The notes beneath the pieces were generated by a model. It was given only the letters and a program-made list of their open reading frames with translations. It did no database searches and was not told where the DNA came from. Below, piece after piece: positions 30,473 to 38,910 of a stretch of 64,000 bases of DNA. A program made the position numbers and the translations under genes. This stretch comes from an uncultured bacterium (lineage in GTDB: Bacteria > Krumholzibacteriota > Krumholzibacteriia > LZORAL124-64-63). Every line of letters starts with the position of its first letter. The first letter of the stretch is position 1. The DNA is taken from contig CAVSZB010000003.1 in the NCBI GenBank assembly GCA_963732385.1, forward strand, positions 288,985 through 352,984. The letters run 5' to 3'.

Positions 30473-31531
30473 TCACCGGAAAGCGAGCCAGGGCCGGTTC
30501 GCGCCGCGTTCGCCCGCCTCGCCGATCTCCACCGCGCAGGAAGCACCCGCGTCGAGGAGAGCGTCGGCCATTTCCGTAGCGCGGGCCGCCGGCACGGCCA
30601 CGAGCAGGCCCCCCGAAGTCTGCGGATCATTGAGCAGATTGCGCATCACGGTGGTGACCGTGTCGGCGTAGTTCACGCCGGCGGCCGTGAACGAGGCGTT
30701 GGCCTGCGTGCCGCCGCAGGTGTGGCCGGCGGCGATCAGGGCCAGGGCGTCGGGGAAGCGGGGCAGACGCTCGGTGTCGATCGTCAGGGTCACGCCGGCG
30801 CCGCGCGCCATCTCCAGGGCGTGGCCGGTGAGTCCGAACCCGGTGACGTCGGTGGCGGCGGTGGCGCCGTGCGCGTGCATGGCCAGACCGGCGCGGTTGA
30901 GCTCCGCCATCGAGGCGACCAGCGCCCGGTAGCCGGGCGAACCGACCGGAAGCAGCCCCTTCTTGTGGGCGGTGGCGAGGGCGCTGGTGCCGAGCGGCTT
31001 GGTGAGAATCAGGCGGTCTCCGGGGCGCGCGGTGCTGTTGCGCACGATGCGGTCGGGGTGGACTTCGCCCGTGACCGAGAGGCCGAACTTCACTTCGCTG
31101 TCGCGCACCGTGTGGCCGCCCGCCACGGCCACGCCCGCTTCGGCGCACTTGGCGGCGGCGCCTTCGAGGATCGCCCGCAGCACCGTCGCCGGCAGTTCGG
31201 TATGTGGGAAACCGCACAGGTTGATGGCGACGAACGGCCGGCCGCCCATCGCGTAGACATCGCTGAGGGAGTTGGCTGCCGCCAGGGCCCCGAAGTCCTC
31301 CGGTACATCGACGAGCGGCGTGATGAAGTCGGCGGTGACGACCACCGCGCGATCGGTCGTCAGCAGATAGACCCCGGCGTCGTCCGCCGTCTCGAACCCC
31401 ACGAGCAGGGCCGGGTCGGTGGTGGGGGCGAGTCCCGCGAGCGCCTGGGCCAGGTCCCCCGGCCCGAGCTTGGCCGCTCAGCCGGAGCTCTTGGCGTAGC
31501 GTGTCAGATAGACCTGCTCGTCCGGAAGCAC
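30473..31531 (-). CDS. selD: Selenide, water dikinase SelD (selenophosphate synthetase), a selenoprotein with an in-frame UGA (Sec) codon at 31478-31480.
   Basis: The track ORF begins at 31402 only because of the TGA. Reading through gives VLPDEQVYLTRYAKSSG-U-AAKLGPGDLAQALAGL..., which matches the SelD N-terminus (E. coli LTQYSHGAGCGCK, with Sec/Cys at that position). GTG start with a GGGAGG RBS at 31531. The rest of the protein is full-length SelD. Confidence 0.8.
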
Positions 31532-31540
31532 GACACCTCC

Positions 31541-32461
31541 CTAACGGCCGGCCTGGAAGCCGCCGGGCCGCGATGGCGGCGGACAGTCGCCGCCGCCCCC
31601 CCCCTCGCCACGGCGCGGGATCGGCAGCATGCCTGCCAGTTCGCCGATGACATTGACCAGGTCGGAGCCGGTCGGCACGACGATCTTGGCGTTGTGCGAC
31701 AGCGCCTTCTCCACCGTTTCGAGGCGACGCAGCAGCTGGGCGTTGCCCACGAAGTACTCGTTGGCCGCCTCGTTGATCAGCTTGATTGCCTGCGCCTCGC
31801 CCTCGGCTTCCAGCACGCGCGCCTGCTTGACGCCGTCAGCCTTCTTGATCTCGGCGCGGCGCGCGCCGTCGGCCACGGTTTCGGTGGCGGTGGCATAATC
31901 GATGGCCGCGATCTTCTCGTTCTCCGCCTTGACCACCTTGTTCATCGTCTCCTGGACGTCCTTGGGCGGGTCGATCTCCTTCAGCTCGGTGCGGACGATA
32001 TCGATGCCCCAGTCCGCGGTCTCCTTGCGCAGCGTCTTCTGTAGTTCCTCGTTGATGCGGCCGCGCTCGCTGTTGGCAGACTTCAGGGTCATGGTGCCGA
32101 TGATGTTGCGCAGCGTGGTGCGGGCAAGGTTGACGATCTGCCAGCGGTAGTTGTTCACGAAGTACAGCGAGTTCTTTACGCTCGCTTCGTCTTCCTTGAC
32201 CTTGAAGTAGACCTGCGCATCGACGCGGGCGTTCAGATTGTCGTTGGTGATGATCTCCTGCGGCTCCGCGTCGACCATCACCTCCGTGATGTTCACCTGG
32301 TACATGCGGTCGATGCCCGGGATGATCCAGTTGAAGCCGCATCGCGCGAAACTGTGGTATTTGCCGAGGCGCTCGATCAGGCCGCGGTGGGTCGGCCGCA
32401 CGATCCGGATCCCGAGCAGAAGGTAAAATACCACCACGACGACAATGATGGGCGTGAACAT
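31541..32461 (-). CDS. SPFH/band-7 (stomatin/HflKC-like) membrane protein.
   Basis: N-terminal TM (IIVVVVVFYLLLGI), then an SPFH domain (VRPTHRGLIERLGKY...IPGIDRMYQVNITE...) and a coiled-coil tail. It sits immediately upstream of selD. Confidence 0.85.
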   Translation of the reverse strand: MFTPIIVVVVVFYLLLGIRIVRPTHRGLIERLGKYHSFARCGFNWIIPGIDRMYQVNITEVMVDAEPQEIITNDNLNARVDAQVYFKVKEDEASVKNSLYFVNNYRWQIVNLARTTLRNIIGTMTLKSANSERGRINEELQKTLRKETADWGIDIVRTELKEIDPPKDVQETMNKVVKAENEKIAAIDYATATETVADGARRAEIKKADGVKQARVLEAEGEAQAIKLINEAANEYFVGNAQLLRRLETVEKALSHNAKIVVPTGSDLVNVIGELAGMLPIPRRGEGGGGGDCPPPSRPGGFQAGR

Positions 32462-32483
32462 GGCTGGCCCTCCCCGATGGCGG

Positions 32484-33776
32484 TTAGAAATTGAATCGAT
32501 CCCCGAACAGGAAGACGTTCTCGCCTTCGCGCGTGTGCGCGAGCTCGAATCGCAGGTTGAGCGACGAGAGATTGACGTGCACGCCCCCGCCCCAGCTCAT
32601 CAAAGGGGCGCCGGGATCGGCGCCGTCGTACCACGCATCGCCGGCGTCCCAGAAGAGATGCAGCCCCACGCCGATGACGTGGCCCTGGGGGGAAATCGGC
32701 ATCAGGAACAGCGGCCAGCGCAACTCGCCGCTCAGCAGCCAGCCCTCCTCGCCCTCGAGTGAAGCGTAGCGGTGGCCGCGGATCGTTTCAGGACCGGCCC
32801 AGTAGAGACGGTCCTCAAGGGGGACGGCGTGACTGACGCGGCGGCCGAAGGCGCGCAGCGCCAGCACCTTGTGCCAGGGCAGGGGGACGAACTGGCGCAG
32901 GTCGCCCGAGACCTCGCTGAAGGAGTCGAAGCCGTCGCTCATCGCACGGGTCGCGCGCAGCCGATGCCAGGCGCCGCGCAGCGGATAGAAGTTGAGGTCG
33001 CGTGAGTCGTAGCCGAGGGTCAGGCCGGCGGTGAAGCGGTTGCGGCAGCCGTGGACCCAGAGAAGGTAGCCGGAAGAGCCGTCGCCGCGGTCGGGAGCGG
33101 TCTCGAGCACGTCGCTGTGCTGGCGGAAGCCGAGCAGCGTGCCGTCGGCTTCCAGGTAGGCCGGTCCGTGCAGGCGCGCGCGGGCATGCAGGCCGGCGTC
33201 CCAGCGGGAGTACCTGGTCGGTCGCCAGACGAACTGCGCCTGTTCCCAGCCCGCGGACACGCCACCCTCCAGCCAGCGCCGGCCGGCGAGCCAGGGGCGG
33301 TCCCAGGTGGCCCGGTAACCGTGCACCCTGATCCAGGTCGCCTCGAGGGAGGTGTGCTCGCCCCGGCCACGCAGGTTCTTCTCCTCCACCCGCGCGCCGA
33401 GCCGGTACTTGTGGCGGCGGTCGTATTCGATGAGCGGGTAGTAGTGGAGGGTCTTGTCCTCCTCGACCATGATCGTGAGCGGCACGCGGCCGTCGTCCGT
33501 CTCTGCTTCCTCGGAGAAGTCGACGAAAGCGAAGTCGCCCAGATCCTCGAGGCGGTCCCAGGCCCGTTCCACGGCCCTGGCGTCCCAGGGGTCTCCCTCG
33601 CGAAAGCCGAGCTCGCGCAGGATCAGGCTGGTGGCGGTGCGGGTGTTGCCCTGGACGCTGATGGGGCCGAAGCGGCGGACGACGGAGTCCGCGGCCACGC
33701 TCGTGTCCGGTCGGATCGCGCCGGCAAGCACAAGCAGGCCGGCGTAAATGAGCACCAGGGGGCGCAATCGCAGCAT
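32484..33776 (-). CDS. Omp85-superfamily (BamA/TamA-like) outer-membrane protein with one POTRA-like domain and a C-terminal beta-barrel.
   Basis: Signal peptide MLRLRPLVLIYAGLLVLAGA. POTRA-like ISVQGNTRTATSLILRELGFREGDPWD. Aromatic-rich barrel ending ...FLFGDRFNF. Confidence 0.6.
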   Translation of the reverse strand: MLRLRPLVLIYAGLLVLAGAIRPDTSVAADSVVRRFGPISVQGNTRTATSLILRELGFREGDPWDARAVERAWDRLEDLGDFAFVDFSEEAETDDGRVPLTIMVEEDKTLHYYPLIEYDRRHKYRLGARVEEKNLRGRGEHTSLEATWIRVHGYRATWDRPWLAGRRWLEGGVSAGWEQAQFVWRPTRYSRWDAGLHARARLHGPAYLEADGTLLGFRQHSDVLETAPDRGDGSSGYLLWVHGCRNRFTAGLTLGYDSRDLNFYPLRGAWHRLRATRAMSDGFDSFSEVSGDLRQFVPLPWHKVLALRAFGRRVSHAVPLEDRLYWAGPETIRGHRYASLEGEEGWLLSGELRWPLFLMPISPQGHVIGVGLHLFWDAGDAWYDGADPGAPLMSWGGGVHVNLSSLNLRFELAHTREGENVFLFGDRFNF

Positions 33777-33822
33777 GGTGGAAGGCCCTTTCGGCAGTGG
33801 CGGAGGTTCGCCGACCGAGCCG

Positions 33823-34512
33823 TCATTTAACATGCGCCGGGGCGGGTTGTCCAGCCGGACGGGAGACTTCGCGGTCGCGCTCGGCGCCGGTCCGGTCGCA
33901 CGTCAACGCAATCAGGGCCACGCCCAGCTCGTTCCAGCCGCCGGAGAGATCGGCCGGCGTCAGATTCGCCGGCAGCAGGCGCGGGGGGAACGTCGCGTTG
34001 GCGGGATCGGCCAGCCGGACCTCGATGCGCGTCTGCAGCAGCGTGCCGAGCAGGCGACGGATGAATGCCTCGCCGGTCGTTTCGGCGTGCCGCAGGAAGA
34101 CGTCGTAGAACAGCGTGGGGGCGACGATGTGAAACGTGCAGCTGCCACGCGGTGCGTCGGTACGGCCGGCGGCCTCCGGCGGTACCGTCTCGCCCCAGCG
34201 ACAGGTCAGAGCCGTGTCGGTGGCGATCATGAAGAGCCGTCCGTCGGGCGGGACCTGCCCCGAGCCGTCGCCGACGCGCAGGAGATGCGATCCCTCGAAC
34301 CAGGTCGCGCGCACGGCGTGGTTGTGCGCCAGCAGCCCCGTCTGGCCCCGCGTCAACTGCAGGTGCAGGCCGCCTCCGGTGAACGACCTCAGCTCGAGCG
34401 GACCCTGCACCGCGCCATCGCGCGGGTCGAACGACCAGGGGGTAGGGGGGGCTGCATCGTCCGGCCAGACATCCCAGGTCGCGTTTTTCCGTTTGTTGCC
34501 GTGCGTGCTCAT
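33823..34512 (-). CDS. Hypothetical protein (229 aa), no confident family assignment.
   Basis: ATG with an AAGGAGAG RBS. MSTHGNKRKNATWDVWPDD.... It starts 24 bp after the upstream gene's stop on the same strand. Confidence 0.4.
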   Translation of the reverse strand: MSTHGNKRKNATWDVWPDDAAPPTPWSFDPRDGAVQGPLELRSFTGGGLHLQLTRGQTGLLAHNHAVRATWFEGSHLLRVGDGSGQVPPDGRLFMIATDTALTCRWGETVPPEAAGRTDAPRGSCTFHIVAPTLFYDVFLRHAETTGEAFIRRLLGTLLQTRIEVRLADPANATFPPRLLPANLTPADLSGGWNELGVALIALTCDRTGAERDREVSRPAGQPAPAHVK

Positions 34513-34535
34513 GCCTCGTCTCTCCTTGGCCGCGT

Positions 34536-35048
34536 TCATGCCGGCGCGGTGTCCAGGCCCAGCCCCAGCAGGAAATTGCGCGCCTCGGCGACCGCGCCGA
34601 TGGCGTCCAGATCGCGCGAAAGCCGCGGCGCCTCGCGCCCGAACCAGCTCGACGAACGGGCGTCGCGCGCGAGCGCCGACACCAACGCGTGCGCCTCCTC
34701 GATCAGAAGGATCAGGCGCAGGTCGTGCTCCTCGAGTTCGACCACCGTGTCGGCATCGCCAAGGCCCAGCCGGACCTGTCCCTGCCGGTTGAGGCGCCGG
34801 AAGATGACGCTGATCTCGTCGACCAGGCTGTCGATCGTGTCGTGCTGTTCGTCGGTGATGATTTCCGGCTGCATCTCTACGACCCGCAACAGCCGGTCGC
34901 CGCACTCCTTGAGTTGACGGCCGAGCGCCAGACGCCAGGCGCGCTCTTCGGCCGCGGCCCGCAACGTACTGCCGTAGCAGTCGTAGGAGGGCATCCTCTG
35001 GATGACGTGCGCGAGTCTGGTATAGGAGACGGTGGCGGTCACGGTCAT
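34536..35048 (-). CDS. Hypothetical protein (~170 aa), acidic, function unknown.
   Basis: MTVTATVSYTRLAHVIQRMPSYDCYGSTLRAAAEERAWRL...; the start coordinate is +/-1 nt. It is the first gene of a same-strand run ending in selD. Confidence 0.4.
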   Translation of the reverse strand: MTVTATVSYTRLAHVIQRMPSYDCYGSTLRAAAEERAWRLALGRQLKECGDRLLRVVEMQPEIITDEQHDTIDSLVDEISVIFRRLNRQGQVRLGLGDADTVVELEEHDLRLILLIEEAHALVSALARDARSSSWFGREAPRLSRDLDAIGAVAEARNFLLGLGLDTAPA

Positions 35049-35312
35049 CGTCCCTGCTCCCCCGGTTGTCCTCCGTGCTGTCGTGGCCGGACGTCGGCCG
35101 GTGTTCACGCACGCAACCCGCAAGGAACGTTCCCGTGGCGGGCGCGCCACGAGCCCGTCCGACCAGCGGAGCGAGGCCATTAACTCGTTGTGATCGTGCT
35201 ATTTATGTGTCGTGGAGATTCCTGCCGACCCGGCAAAAACGCCGCCGCGCCGGAGCGCCGCGGGCAATTGTTCAAGGTGGCGCCGACGCGCGATGCAGAT
35301 TGCGGCGGGCGC

Positions 35313-36197
35313 TCAGCGTGCGACGACGGGATTGAGCAGACGGCCGATCCCTTCGATCGCCACCTCGACCGTGTCGCCCGGCTTCAGGAAGACCTGCGGA
35401 TCGCAATACGCCCCCACCCCGGCGGGAGTGCCGGTGGAGATGATGTCGCCCGGCATCAGCGTCATGTGGCGGCTGGCGTAGGCGATCAGCGCATCGACCG
35501 GGAAGATGAGCTGCGACGTCTGCGATGTCTGCATGACGGTCCCGTTCCAGCGCGCGCTGATGGCGAGCCCGGCCGCGAGATCGGGCAGTTCGTCCGGCGT
35601 GACAAGCCACGGCCCGCACGGGCCGCCAGTATCGAGACTCTTGCCGCGGAACCACTGGCTCTCGGACTTCTGTGCCCGACGGTCGGAAACATCGTTGAAG
35701 CACATATACCCCGCGATGTGCTCCCGGGCGCTTTCGCGCGCGATGCCCCGGCCCCCACGGCCGATGACCACCGCGAGTTCCGCTTCCGCGTCCACCTGGT
35801 CGAGCCCGGCATCGAGTTCGATCGGACCGTACGGCCCCTGCAGGCACGACGGCGCCTTGGCGAACAGCAGCGGCGCCGCGGGCGCCGGCTTGTGCTGTTC
35901 CTCGGCGTGGTCGCGGTAGTTCAACCCGACCGCCACGATCTTCGACGGCTCGGGAATCGGCGGCAGCAGCGTGACCCCGTCCAGCGCGAACAGCGCCGTG
36001 GCCGGCCGCAATTCCCCCGGCTGACGCGCGCGCTCGCCAAGCGCGCGCACCCGCGCCATCAGCGCGGGGTCGGGGAGGATCTCGTTCCAGCGCGGCGGCA
36101 GTGACGGATCGATTCCGAGCAGGTCGAGTGCGATGCCGTCATCGAGAACAAGGCCGGGCCGCGCGGCGGCCCCCAGACTGAAAGTGATGAGTTTCAT
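35313..36197 (-). CDS. Fumarylacetoacetate hydrolase (FAH) family protein (2-keto-4-pentenoate hydratase / oxaloacetate decarboxylase-like).
   Basis: KIVAVGLNYRDHAEE...ELAVVIGRGG...GYMCFNDVSDR...GPWLVT...GDIISTGTPAGVG is the FAH-fold signature. Confidence 0.8.
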   Translation of the reverse strand: MKLITFSLGAAARPGLVLDDGIALDLLGIDPSLPPRWNEILPDPALMARVRALGERARQPGELRPATALFALDGVTLLPPIPEPSKIVAVGLNYRDHAEEQHKPAPAAPLLFAKAPSCLQGPYGPIELDAGLDQVDAEAELAVVIGRGGRGIARESAREHIAGYMCFNDVSDRRAQKSESQWFRGKSLDTGGPCGPWLVTPDELPDLAAGLAISARWNGTVMQTSQTSQLIFPVDALIAYASRHMTLMPGDIISTGTPAGVGAYCDPQVFLKPGDTVEVAIEGIGRLLNPVVAR

Positions 36198-36660
36198 GCC
36201 GCCGACTATAAGAGGAAGGCCATGACACTTCATAATGAAAAGGTGCATCGGCCTGGAATTCCGGAGTTAGCATGTTCTTCGGGACCTCGACCCATGCGCT
36301 GAAGATCAATAATTAGACAACATTGATCGCGATTCAGCCGCGCAAATTTCCGCAGAGGAAGACTTGGCTGGTCGTAGTCCGATCTGGTCGCGCTGTTACG
36401 GTGGAACCTGTCCACATATCGAGACCCATAGAAATAGATCGATGATCCGTTCGGAGCGCCGCCGGAAACTCCGCAAACGGTGCAGTTGGAATTGGCGTGG
36501 TGAGATGTCGGACCGCAACGGGGGGCCTGGTCCGGTGGCCGGGCGGGACCGGTGCGAATTTGCTAATCAAGAACCGAATTCAGTAGAAATCAAGCGGGGG
36601 GAAAGTGTATTTTAGACAGCGGTGGGATTTTGGAGGGGCACCGACGAATGGGGGGGGGCA

Positions 36661-37863
36661 ATGCGAGCGAAATATACGTGCATGTTCGGATTGTTGATTC
36701 TGGTGTTCGCGATCACGGTCGGCTGCGGGGATGACAATGATAATCCTGTTGCACCGCAGATCGGCGCAATCACGATCAACCCCGAGCCGAACAGCATCAG
36801 CGCGCCGTGGCAGATCACGGGGCCGAACAACTTCACCCTGTCCGCCTCCGGCGACACGACGCTTGCGGGCGTGGTGGCAGGCAGCTACACGCTGACCTGG
36901 GAGTCGGTGGATGGGTGGATGACACCGACTCCGGTGGCGGAAACACAGACGCTGACCCTTGACGGTGTCGTGACGTTTGCGGGGCAGTACTGTCCGGGGT
37001 GCTACGTATCGGTTCCCTCCGGCACCTTCACGATGGGCAGCCCGACGACCGAGCCGTTACGCTTCACCAATGAGACCGAGCATCAGGTGACGTTGACTCA
37101 CGGCATCTACGTCCAGACCACCGAGGTGACCAACCTGCAGTACATGGAGCTGGCGCAGTGGGCGTACGATAATGGTTACGTGACGGCGACGAGCGCCAGC
37201 CTGACCGACAACCTGGACGGCTCGACCCAGATCTTGAAGACTCTGGGCGAAGGAAACTACGAAATGTCTTTCAGTGCCGGAGTCTTCAGCTGCACCAACC
37301 CGACCCACCCGGTCAAGTACGTGTCCTGGTACGGGTCGGTGGCGTACTGCGACTGGCTCAGCCTGCAGCGGGGGCTGCCGCGAGCGTACAACCACAGCAC
37401 CTGGCAGTGCAACGGTGGCGATCCTTATGCGGCCACGGGGTACCGCCTGCCGACGGAAGCGGAGTGGGAGTATGCGTGTCGGGCGGGGACTCAGACCCCA
37501 TTCAGCTCAGGGTCCTGCCTGGCCGCCGGCGTCGAGGCGAACTACGACGGAAGACTTCCCTACACCGGGTGCGCGGTCGAGTCGTTCGTCGGCTACTCGG
37601 TGCCCGTGGGGAGCTATTCGGCAAACGTCTTCGGCCTGTACGACATGCACGGCAACGAGTGGGAGTGGAGCAACGACTGGTACGGCGATTATGTTGGAGC
37701 TGTGACTGATCCGGTGGGCCCGGGGACGGGCTCCAACCGGGTGATCCGCGGTGGTTACTGGTTCGCCGACGCGCGCGGCTGCCGCTCGGCCTACCGGGGC
37801 AACACCGACCCGAGCGGCGCACTCCTCACGGTCGGGTTCCGTACTGTGAGATCGGCCGACTGA
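36661..37863 (+). CDS. Lipoprotein with a C-terminal formylglycine-generating-enzyme (FGE/SUMF1/EgtB/PvdO) sulfatase-modifying-factor domain.
   Basis: Lipobox ITVGCG. The N-terminal beta-rich region is followed by SVPSGTFTMGS...YRLPTEAEWEYACRAG...GLYDMHGNEWEWSNDWY...RVIRGGYW, an FGE-sulfatase domain signature. The local GC is lower than the surroundings. Confidence 0.8.
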   Translation: MRAKYTCMFGLLILVFAITVGCGDDNDNPVAPQIGAITINPEPNSISAPWQITGPNNFTLSASGDTTLAGVVAGSYTLTWESVDGWMTPTPVAETQTLTLDGVVTFAGQYCPGCYVSVPSGTFTMGSPTTEPLRFTNETEHQVTLTHGIYVQTTEVTNLQYMELAQWAYDNGYVTATSASLTDNLDGSTQILKTLGEGNYEMSFSAGVFSCTNPTHPVKYVSWYGSVAYCDWLSLQRGLPRAYNHSTWQCNGGDPYAATGYRLPTEAEWEYACRAGTQTPFSSGSCLAAGVEANYDGRLPYTGCAVESFVGYSVPVGSYSANVFGLYDMHGNEWEWSNDWYGDYVGAVTDPVGPGTGSNRVIRGGYWFADARGCRSAYRGNTDPSGALLTVGFRTVRSAD

Positions 37864-38046
37864 GACGGCGCAGCCAGCCGACCCGCAGGGCCGTGGCCCG
37901 GCGAGCGGTTGATGCTGGTGTTGGAGCACGAGGAGCTCGCGGGCGCGCGATCGTCCGTGCGCGCGCGAGCGTCCTCGTGGAGACGTATCCATATCGGGTT
38001 GCATCCCCCCACGAAGCTCCCCCCACAACAGGACGTCAGCCCGCTC

Positions 38047-38068
38047 CGACTTGCGCCGGCGCAAGTCG
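38047..38068. terminator. Perfect 22-nt palindrome (cgacttgcgccggcgcaagtcg) between convergent genes; putative bidirectional terminator or protein-binding site.
   Basis: Read directly. It lies between the FGE lipoprotein gene (+, ends 37863) and hsp20 (-, ends 38288). Confidence 0.4.
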
Positions 38069-38287
38069 CTGCTTGCCGCGGCTGATCGTGACGGCAGCGC
38101 GTCCACAATCGGGACACTCACAGGTTGTAGTGAAGTGATCCGTGTCCAGCCGCAGGCTCCTCAGGTGGACCTGACGGATGCCCGGAGCGGACCCGCGGGC
38201 CGGGCGGCGAGAGAGGGGGCGTCGAGGCAGGCTCGGCGCCCCCGACCCGTTCCGGCCGCCGGCGGGGGGAGATGGCGGCCGCCGACG

Positions 38288-38710
38288 CTACCGGACTTCG
38301 ATCTTGCGCGGCAGCATCTGCTCCGTCTTGCCAAGCGTCAGGTGCAGGATTCCCTGCTCGATGCGGGCCTCCACGCGCGCGGGATCGACGCCGCGTCCGA
38401 GGGTGAAGGTGCGGCGGAACTCGGCCTTGTCGGACCGTTCGCCGTGCAGGACCCTGAATCCTTCCGGCGGCGGACTCTGGCGGCGCGCGGTGACCGTGAG
38501 AGTCTGGCCCTCGATTTCGATCGCGAGCTCCTCGCGTGACACGCCCGGCAACTCCATCACGATGCGGAACTCGCGCTCGCCCTCGAGGATGTCTGCCCGG
38601 GGAAGCAGTTGGGCGCAGGCGTCCCCGCAGCCGCTGGCGTCGGTGCGCGGGTCGAACATGCCATCGAAGAGGGAGTCGAGGCGGCGGAAGGGCATCAGAC
38701 CGGTCATCAT
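38288..38710 (-). CDS. Small heat-shock protein (Hsp20/alpha-crystallin family).
   Basis: An AGGAGG RBS 7 nt upstream of ATGATG. MMTGLMPFRRLDSLFDGMFDP...ADILEGEREFRIVMELPGVSREELAIEIEGQTLTVTARR...LHLTLGK is an alpha-crystallin domain. Confidence 0.85.
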   Translation of the reverse strand: MMTGLMPFRRLDSLFDGMFDPRTDASGCGDACAQLLPRADILEGEREFRIVMELPGVSREELAIEIEGQTLTVTARRQSPPPEGFRVLHGERSDKAEFRRTFTLGRGVDPARVEARIEQGILHLTLGKTEQMLPRKIEVR

Positions 38711-38910
38711 GCTGTTACCTCCTGGTTTCTTCACGTTTGCCGCTGGCTCCGCGGGGCGGGGCCGCGTTATCATGCTGGTTCAGGGATCGGGGCCGGAGCC
38801 GCTCTGTGTGGTTGGTGGCTTCGCGTCCCATGGCGTGGGGAATATCAAGGGGCGTGCCGTTCGGGGCGCGATTGGCCATTGCAGCGTAACACCATGAAGT
38901 AATTGTTTTT

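Noticed and set aside
36198-36660. Possible riboswitch, tRNA or other known ncRNA in the 460 bp leader before the FGE lipoprotein gene, and tRNA genes in other intergenic regions.
   Set aside because: I could recognise no tRNA cloverleaf (acceptor/T-arm GTTC-like features) or known riboswitch core in any intergenic region. I flagged the region only as compositionally unusual.
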